DNA of 40,146 nucleotides from assembly GCA_964522555.1 (NCBI GenBank), contig CAZFWK010000001.1, forward strand, positions 10,114 through 50,259, in the 5' to 3' direction. The notes beneath the pieces were generated by a model. That model was not told where the DNA came from, did no database searches, and saw nothing but the letters and a program-made list of their open reading frames with translations. The DNA is from an uncultured Peptoniphilaceae bacterium (lineage in GTDB: Bacteria; Bacillota; Clostridia; Tissierellales; Peptoniphilaceae). Below, piece by piece: positions 35,503 to 40,146 of the stretch. The position numbers and the translations under genes are program-made. The number at the start of each line of letters is the position of its first letter. The stretch's first letter is position 1.

Positions 35503-36615
35503 CTACCTCTTAATGATCTGGCGTTTACCGATCGTGTACGGGTTGGTCGGCGAGCCGACTAAGGATACACCTTCCTTGACAATGGTGTCTTTATCGAGTA
35601 TCGAGTTGATTACGACCGCGTCGTTTTCGATGACGGCACCTTCCATAATGATGCTGTTTTTCACGATGGCGTTCTTTCCGACCTGAACCCCTCTAAATAC
35701 GATGGATTGCACGACCGTTCCGTCGATAATGCAGCCGTTCGCCAATAGCGAGTTTTCGACGCGCGCATTGGTGTAGTACATGCTCGAAGGTTCGTCTTTG
35801 CTCTTCGTCAGAATCGTGCCGTTTGTCGCAAACATTTCGACAAAGCTATCTCGATTCAACAGTTCCATATTTGCATCCAGATACGAGTTGATGTCTCGAA
35901 TCAGGGCAACGCGACCGGAGTACGCGTACGTTTGCACTTTGTAACGGTCCTTATCCTTCAAAATGGCCGCCTTTAAAGAATCCGTGTCGTCGTTTTCGAG
36001 GGAGGCCTTTACCATATCGACGAATACGCTTTTCTTGATAAAGCCCATTCCGATATACATATGGAAAGTGTCTTGTGTTCCCAGATTGATCCCTATATTG
36101 CGTAAAGTGTGGTCGTCGTTTAGCGTCATTTTATCGTAGTTCAGATACTTGCCTTCTTTATCGTCTATCGTTTTGTAGATTAGCGTGATGTCCGCATCTT
36201 CCGATTTGTGTTGTTTGTACGCTTCTTTGATGTCGATCTTGGAGAGCGTCATCGGGTCGACGAAAAAGACATGCTCTTCTTTATTTTCTTCATAGAAGTT
36301 AAGCGAATCGTAAAAATTCACCATTTCATCCGAACGATTAAATTTCTTGCTATAGGCTGCGGGAAAGAACGATAAACCGCCAAATCTTCGGTTGAGGTCC
36401 CAAGCTTTCCCGTTTCCGATATGGTCAATCGTCGAGCGAAGCATGCTACCCGCATAGAGCGCGACATTGTCGATATCGTTGTTTGTGATCGTAGAAAGAG
36501 CAAAGTCGATCAGTCTGTATCTGCATCCAAAGGGAAGCATATAAGCCGGTCTGGACGCTGTCAAAGAACCGAAGTCACCCTCACCGTTCATGATAATGCC
36601 AATGATATTTTCCAT
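35503..36615 (-). CDS. glgD: glucose-1-phosphate adenylyltransferase, GlgD regulatory subunit
   Basis: 370 aa, homologous to GlgC but lacking the GGxGxRL motif (it has ...SLTASRPAYMLPFGCRYRLIDFALS). A left-handed beta-helix C-terminus is present. It is positioned between glgC and glgA. Confidence 0.85.
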   Translation of the reverse strand: MENIIGIIMNGEGDFGSLTASRPAYMLPFGCRYRLIDFALSTITNNDIDNVALYAGSMLRSTIDHIGNGKAWDLNRRFGGLSFFPAAYSKKFNRSDEMVNFYDSLNFYEENKEEHVFFVDPMTLSKIDIKEAYKQHKSEDADITLIYKTIDDKEGKYLNYDKMTLNDDHTLRNIGINLGTQDTFHMYIGMGFIKKSVFVDMVKASLENDDTDSLKAAILKDKDRYKVQTYAYSGRVALIRDINSYLDANMELLNRDSFVEMFATNGTILTKSKDEPSSMYYTNARVENSLLANGCIIDGTVVQSIVFRGVQVGKNAIVKNSIIMEGAVIENDAVVINSILDKDTIVKEGVSLVGSPTNPYTIGKRQIIKR

Positions 36616-36623
36616 AGTATCCC

Positions 36624-37766
36624 CTACTCTTTCGTGATTTCGTCTTCGGTTACAAGATAGATGCCGTCTTTATCTTCCTCTTCTTGGCCGATTCTCGCAT
36701 CACCCGCTACCACTACGCCTTCGAGTGTGATCGCACGGTTTACTTTCGCTCCGGATTTGATCACGCAGTCGGATAAAATGACGGAGTTCTTGACTTCCGC
36801 TCCTTCTTCCACTCGTACGGAAGAGAACAGAATGCTGTTTTCCACAGCACCCTCGATGACACAACCTTCATTGATCATGGAGTGCTTTACATTGGCTCCC
36901 GCTGCGATAAACTGTGGCGGCAGATTCTTGGACTTCGTGTAAATACGCCAGTCGTCGTCATACAGCTTCAGTGCATTGTTCGGGTCGAGCAGGTCCATAT
37001 TCGACTCCCAGAAGCTTCCGACCGTTCCCACGTCTTTCCAATAGCCGTCGAATCTCCATGCAAACATCTTCTTGCCGTCGTGCAGCATCATCGGGAGTAC
37101 GTTTTTGCCAAAGTCGTGGTCGGATTCGCTGTTTCCTTCATCTTTGAAGAGTGCCGCGCGAAGCTCGGACCATGTGAACATATAGATCCCCATGGACGCA
37201 AGATTGTTCTTCGGTTCAGCCGGCTTTTCGTCAAACTCTACCACTTGGTCATTATCGTCCGTATTGAGGATCCCGAAGCGAGATGCCTCAGCCCACTCTA
37301 CTTCGATAACGGCGATGGTGCAGTCCGCTCCTTTTTCGAGGTGATAGTCGAGCATGGCGTCGTAATCCATTTTGTAGATATGGTCTCCGGATAGGATCAG
37401 CACGTATTCGGGATTCACTTCATCCAAGTAGTCGATGTTTTCGAATATCGCATTTGCTGTGCCGGTAAACCATCGTCCGCCTACTTCCCCTGCAAACGGA
37501 GAAAGTACTCTCAGACCGCCTTTGTTTTTGTCGTAGTCCCATGCCGCACCGATGCCCAAGTGCTCGTTGAGTAAAAGCGGCTTGTATTGCGTCAAAACGG
37601 CGACGTCACGAATGTTTGAGTTCGCACAGTTACTGAGTCCGAAATCGATAATCCGATACTTTCCGCCAAACGGTACAGCGGGTTTTGCGACCTTCTTCGT
37701 CAATGCCTTCAGCCTGGATCCTTGGCCACCCGCTAACAGCATGGCGACCACCTTACCTTTCTTCAT
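36624..37766 (-). CDS. glgC: glucose-1-phosphate adenylyltransferase
   Basis: 380 aa with [40 protein letters not shown]. Confidence 0.95.
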   Translation of the reverse strand: MKKGKVVAMLLAGGQGSRLKALTKKVAKPAVPFGGKYRIIDFGLSNCANSNIRDVAVLTQYKPLLLNEHLGIGAAWDYDKNKGGLRVLSPFAGEVGGRWFTGTANAIFENIDYLDEVNPEYVLILSGDHIYKMDYDAMLDYHLEKGADCTIAVIEVEWAEASRFGILNTDDNDQVVEFDEKPAEPKNNLASMGIYMFTWSELRAALFKDEGNSESDHDFGKNVLPMMLHDGKKMFAWRFDGYWKDVGTVGSFWESNMDLLDPNNALKLYDDDWRIYTKSKNLPPQFIAAGANVKHSMINEGCVIEGAVENSILFSSVRVEEGAEVKNSVILSDCVIKSGAKVNRAITLEGVVVAGDARIGQEEEDKDGIYLVTEDEITKE

Positions 37767-37767
37767 A

Positions 37768-39699
37768 CTACACCTCCTTGTTTTTTTTCGGGACCGGCTT
37801 CTTAGGCGTCTTCAGCCGGATCCACATGGCTCCGAAAGGCGGCAGATCCACTTCGATCGAGTAAGGCTTGCCGTTTCTCGGGTTTTCACTTGCTCTGTAA
37901 TAGGTATTTCTAGGCGTTTCCCCGCCGAACTTCGTCATGTCGGTATTGAGCACTACGGAATAGTTCCCGAGTGAATCAACGCCGAGCGGGTAAATTGGGC
38001 GCGGAACCGAGGTAAAGTTGTACACACACAGTAATTTGTTTCCGTCCGAATCGATTCGGTTAAAGGCGATGATGCTTTCTTGGTGATTATCGACATCGAC
38101 CCACTCGTATCCGTCATAGGAAGTGTCTTCTTCAAATAGTGGTTCGGTTTTTCGGTACGTGTCGTTTAGCGTGGCGACATAAGTTTTCATCTTGTGGTGT
38201 AGTTCATATTCCAACAAGTGCCAATCGAGCGAATCCCATTCATCCCATTCGATAAACTGGCCGTATTCTCCACCCATAAAGACCAGCTTTTTACCCGGGT
38301 GGGCGTACATATAGGCGTATAGGAGTCTGAGTTGTGCGAACTTCTGCTCGTAGGTACCGGGCATTTTGTCCAGCAGAGACTTCTTCCCGTGCACGACCTC
38401 GTCGTGGCTGAGCGGTAAGATATAGTTCTCCGAGAAGCAATATGTGATGGTAAAAGTGAGAAGATTGTGGTGATCCTTTCGGAATAGCGGATCCATTTCC
38501 ATATACTTCAGGATATCGTGCATCCAACCCATATTCCACTTGTAATTGAAACCGAGTCCACCCGTGTCGGTCGGCGCGGTAACCAGTGGCCATGCGGTCG
38601 ATTCTTCGGCGATCATCAGACTGTCCGGGAAATATCGGAAAACGGTCTCGTTCAATTTCCGCAAGAATTTGATCGCGTCGACATTTTCGCGTCCGCCCAT
38701 GTCGTTCTTCAGGTCTTTTCCGGTAAAGTCGAGATAGAGCATATACGCGATCGCGTCGACTCTGAGCCCGTCGATATGGAACATTTTTTGCCAAAAAATC
38801 GCATTCGAGATTAAGAAACTCACGACTTCGGGTTTCGAGTAATCGAAGTTTAGCGTCCCCCATTGGTTGTTTTCGGCTTTATAGGAGTCGAACCATTCGA
38901 AACAGTCTGTCCCGTCGAATCGAGCAAGTCCAAAATCATCCTTGCAAAAATGGACAGGTACCCAGTCTAAAATCACACCGATACCGGCTTGATGCATCTT
39001 GTCGACAAAATACATGAGATCCTTAGGCTCTCCAAATCGAGAAGTTGCCGCGTAGTAGCCCGTCACTTGGTAACCCCATGACCCGTCGAAAGGAAATTCT
39101 GTGATTGGCATCAATTCCACATGCGTGTACTTCATTTCCTTCAGATAGACAACCAATTCATCCGCGATCTCTCGATAAGTGAGTAGGGAACCGTTCTCAT
39201 TCTTTTTCCACGACAATAAGTTCATCTCGTAGATCGACATCGGATTGACATAACTGTCATGAAGTTTTTGACGGTTTTGCCACCTCTTGTCATTCCATTC
39301 GTACCCACTCAGATCATAAATTTTCGAGGCAGATTTCGGCCTCACTTCCGCGTAAAAAGCAAATGGATCCGCCTTATAGCGTATTTCGCCCGAAGGTGCT
39401 ACAATCCGATACTTATAAGCGTCATGTTGCTTCGCGCTTTTTACCGCGATATGCCACACCCCGCTGTTTTGTATGCGTTGTAGCGGTAAATTGAATTCGT
39501 GCCATTCATTGAAGTCACCTGTAAGGTTCACATATTGCGCGCGCGGTGCCCATACGACGAATCGAATGTACTCTTCCCCTTCAATTTCTACCGGGTGCGC
39601 TCCGAAGAAATCATACGCTTCAAAAAAATTCCCTTCGTGAAACAAATTCGCCCAGTAAGCCCCCTCCACGGGATAAATAAAATCAATACCTAATTGCAT
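37768..39699 (-). CDS. glgB: 1,4-alpha-glucan branching enzyme
   Basis: 643 aa with GH13_9 motifs [19 protein letters not shown] and ESTAWP, plus a CBM48 N-terminus. RBS AGGAGG. Confidence 0.95.
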   Translation of the reverse strand: MQLGIDFIYPVEGAYWANLFHEGNFFEAYDFFGAHPVEIEGEEYIRFVVWAPRAQYVNLTGDFNEWHEFNLPLQRIQNSGVWHIAVKSAKQHDAYKYRIVAPSGEIRYKADPFAFYAEVRPKSASKIYDLSGYEWNDKRWQNRQKLHDSYVNPMSIYEMNLLSWKKNENGSLLTYREIADELVVYLKEMKYTHVELMPITEFPFDGSWGYQVTGYYAATSRFGEPKDLMYFVDKMHQAGIGVILDWVPVHFCKDDFGLARFDGTDCFEWFDSYKAENNQWGTLNFDYSKPEVVSFLISNAIFWQKMFHIDGLRVDAIAYMLYLDFTGKDLKNDMGGRENVDAIKFLRKLNETVFRYFPDSLMIAEESTAWPLVTAPTDTGGLGFNYKWNMGWMHDILKYMEMDPLFRKDHHNLLTFTITYCFSENYILPLSHDEVVHGKKSLLDKMPGTYEQKFAQLRLLYAYMYAHPGKKLVFMGGEYGQFIEWDEWDSLDWHLLEYELHHKMKTYVATLNDTYRKTEPLFEEDTSYDGYEWVDVDNHQESIIAFNRIDSDGNKLLCVYNFTSVPRPIYPLGVDSLGNYSVVLNTDMTKFGGETPRNTYYRASENPRNGKPYSIEVDLPPFGAMWIRLKTPKKPVPKKNKEV

Positions 39700-39776
39700 T
39701 CATTTTCCTCCTGATTGCACATTCTCTCCTCTTATCTCTATATATCTACCCTTTTTTTGCCAATTATCCTTCTCTC

Positions 39777-39785
39777 ATTATAGCA
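39777..39785 (-). promoter_or_regulatory. extended -10 element (TGCTATAAT), candidate glg operon promoter
   Basis: The minus strand reads CACGTGCTATAATGAG about 80 nt upstream of glgB. There is no good -35 element. Confidence 0.4.
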
Positions 39786-39940
39786 CGTGTTGTGTAGAGC
39801 ATGTAGTAGGCAATCGTTAATTCGACGTTATCATTGTTCTTGCCTCTGAAAATGTGCGAAAGTTTTTTTCTAATCTTATTAATTATATACTATTAACGCA
39901 AGGAAGCACATCCTCCCTTTCGTTCATCCCACTGCAAACG

Positions 39941-39968
39941 TGCAAATTCAGCGGAAACATGGTATAAT
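39941..39968 (+). promoter_or_regulatory. promoter of the tmRNA gene
   Basis: TGCAAA (39941..39946), a 16-nt spacer, then TATAAT (39963..39968). The mature 5' end, GGGGGCG, starts 9 nt downstream. Confidence 0.55.
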
Positions 39969-39976
39969 AAGAGCAC

Positions 39977-40146
39977 GGGGGCGAATATGGTTTCGACGGG
40001 GATGTTGAAGCAGGAGTAGCGAGTCGTAGACTCCAAACTACGTTAAAAGTGGAACACTAAATTAAACGCAGAAGATAACAACTTCGCATTCGCGGCTTAA
40101 TGCCGCTGTCTCCCTCACTTTCCCGTAGGGTGAGCTGAGGCATCAA
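39977..40146 (+). ncRNA. ssrA: tmRNA (ssrA), 5' portion; continues beyond the window
   Basis: GGGGGCGAATATGGTTTCGACGGGG is the acceptor/TLD 5' half. The tag reading frame GCA GAA GAT AAC AAC TTC GCA TTC GCG GCT TAA (40068..40100) encodes AEDNNFAFAA*. Confidence 0.9.

Noticed and set aside
39808-39822. cre-like (CcpA) site AGGCAATCGTTAATT upstream of the glg operon.
   Set aside because: It has two mismatches at conserved positions of the WTGNAANCGNWNNCW consensus. It is too weak to call without comparative support.
1-40146. CRISPR arrays, rRNA or tRNA genes, integrases, or recognisable defence-system genes (nucleases, helicases, STAND ATPases, toxin-antitoxin pairs).
   Set aside because: I found no regularly spaced repeats and no such motifs in the ORF set. 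The only stable RNA gene I can support is the partial tmRNA.

Overview
This looks like a chromosomal window from a Bacillota/Firmicutes-type organism, judged by the T-box leaders, the glgBCDAP gene order and the AEDNNFAFAA-type tmRNA tag. Every protein gene I can support is on the minus strand. Only the 5' part of a tmRNA gene at the right edge is on the plus strand.

Gene content in plus-strand coordinates:
- 1-4785: a T-box-controlled branched-chain amino-acid operon (ACT-type small protein, ilvC, ilvD, ilvB; ilvB is cut by the window edge).
- 4905-7929: hypothetical lipoprotein and membrane proteins.
- About 7560-16700: a visibly more AT-rich, mosaic accessory block. It holds two signal-peptide proteins of unknown function, an IS256-like transposase remnant, an ECF sigma / DUF4367-like anti-sigma pair, a three-gene ABC module with a broken reading frame, and an agr-like quorum-sensing cassette.
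- 16735-19012: a MoaD/ThiS-like gene and a tungsten-type aldehyde:ferredoxin oxidoreductase (AOR) split by one in-frame TGA, behind a Moco/Tuco-like riboswitch.
- 19069-24914: an orphan ABC ATPase, then leuB, leuD, leuC and leuA behind two tandem T-box leaders.
- 24953-29399: a hypothetical exported protein, a MATE efflux pump and phosphoglucomutase.
- 29410-39699: a glycogen operon (glgB, glgC, glgD, glgA, a degenerate GT35 phosphorylase homologue, pullulanase, a papain/C39-like protein).

The most interesting candidate is the agr-like cassette. It has the order LytTR regulator, AgrC-like kinase, own promoter, an unlisted 48-aa AgrD-like peptide (Ser where AgrD has its ring Cys), and an AgrB-like membrane protein. 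In a gapless by-eye alignment, the AgrB-like protein keeps the AgrB catalytic His but has Tyr at the catalytic Cys position.

Other points worth a second look:
- the in-frame TGA in AOR;
- a glycogen phosphorylase homologue that lacks the PLP lysine motif;
- the tandem Leu T-boxes;
- two unexplained structured intergenic elements bracketed by near-identical hairpin repeats;
- the frame break in the ABC ATPase.

All family assignments come from motif recognition by eye. No searches were run.
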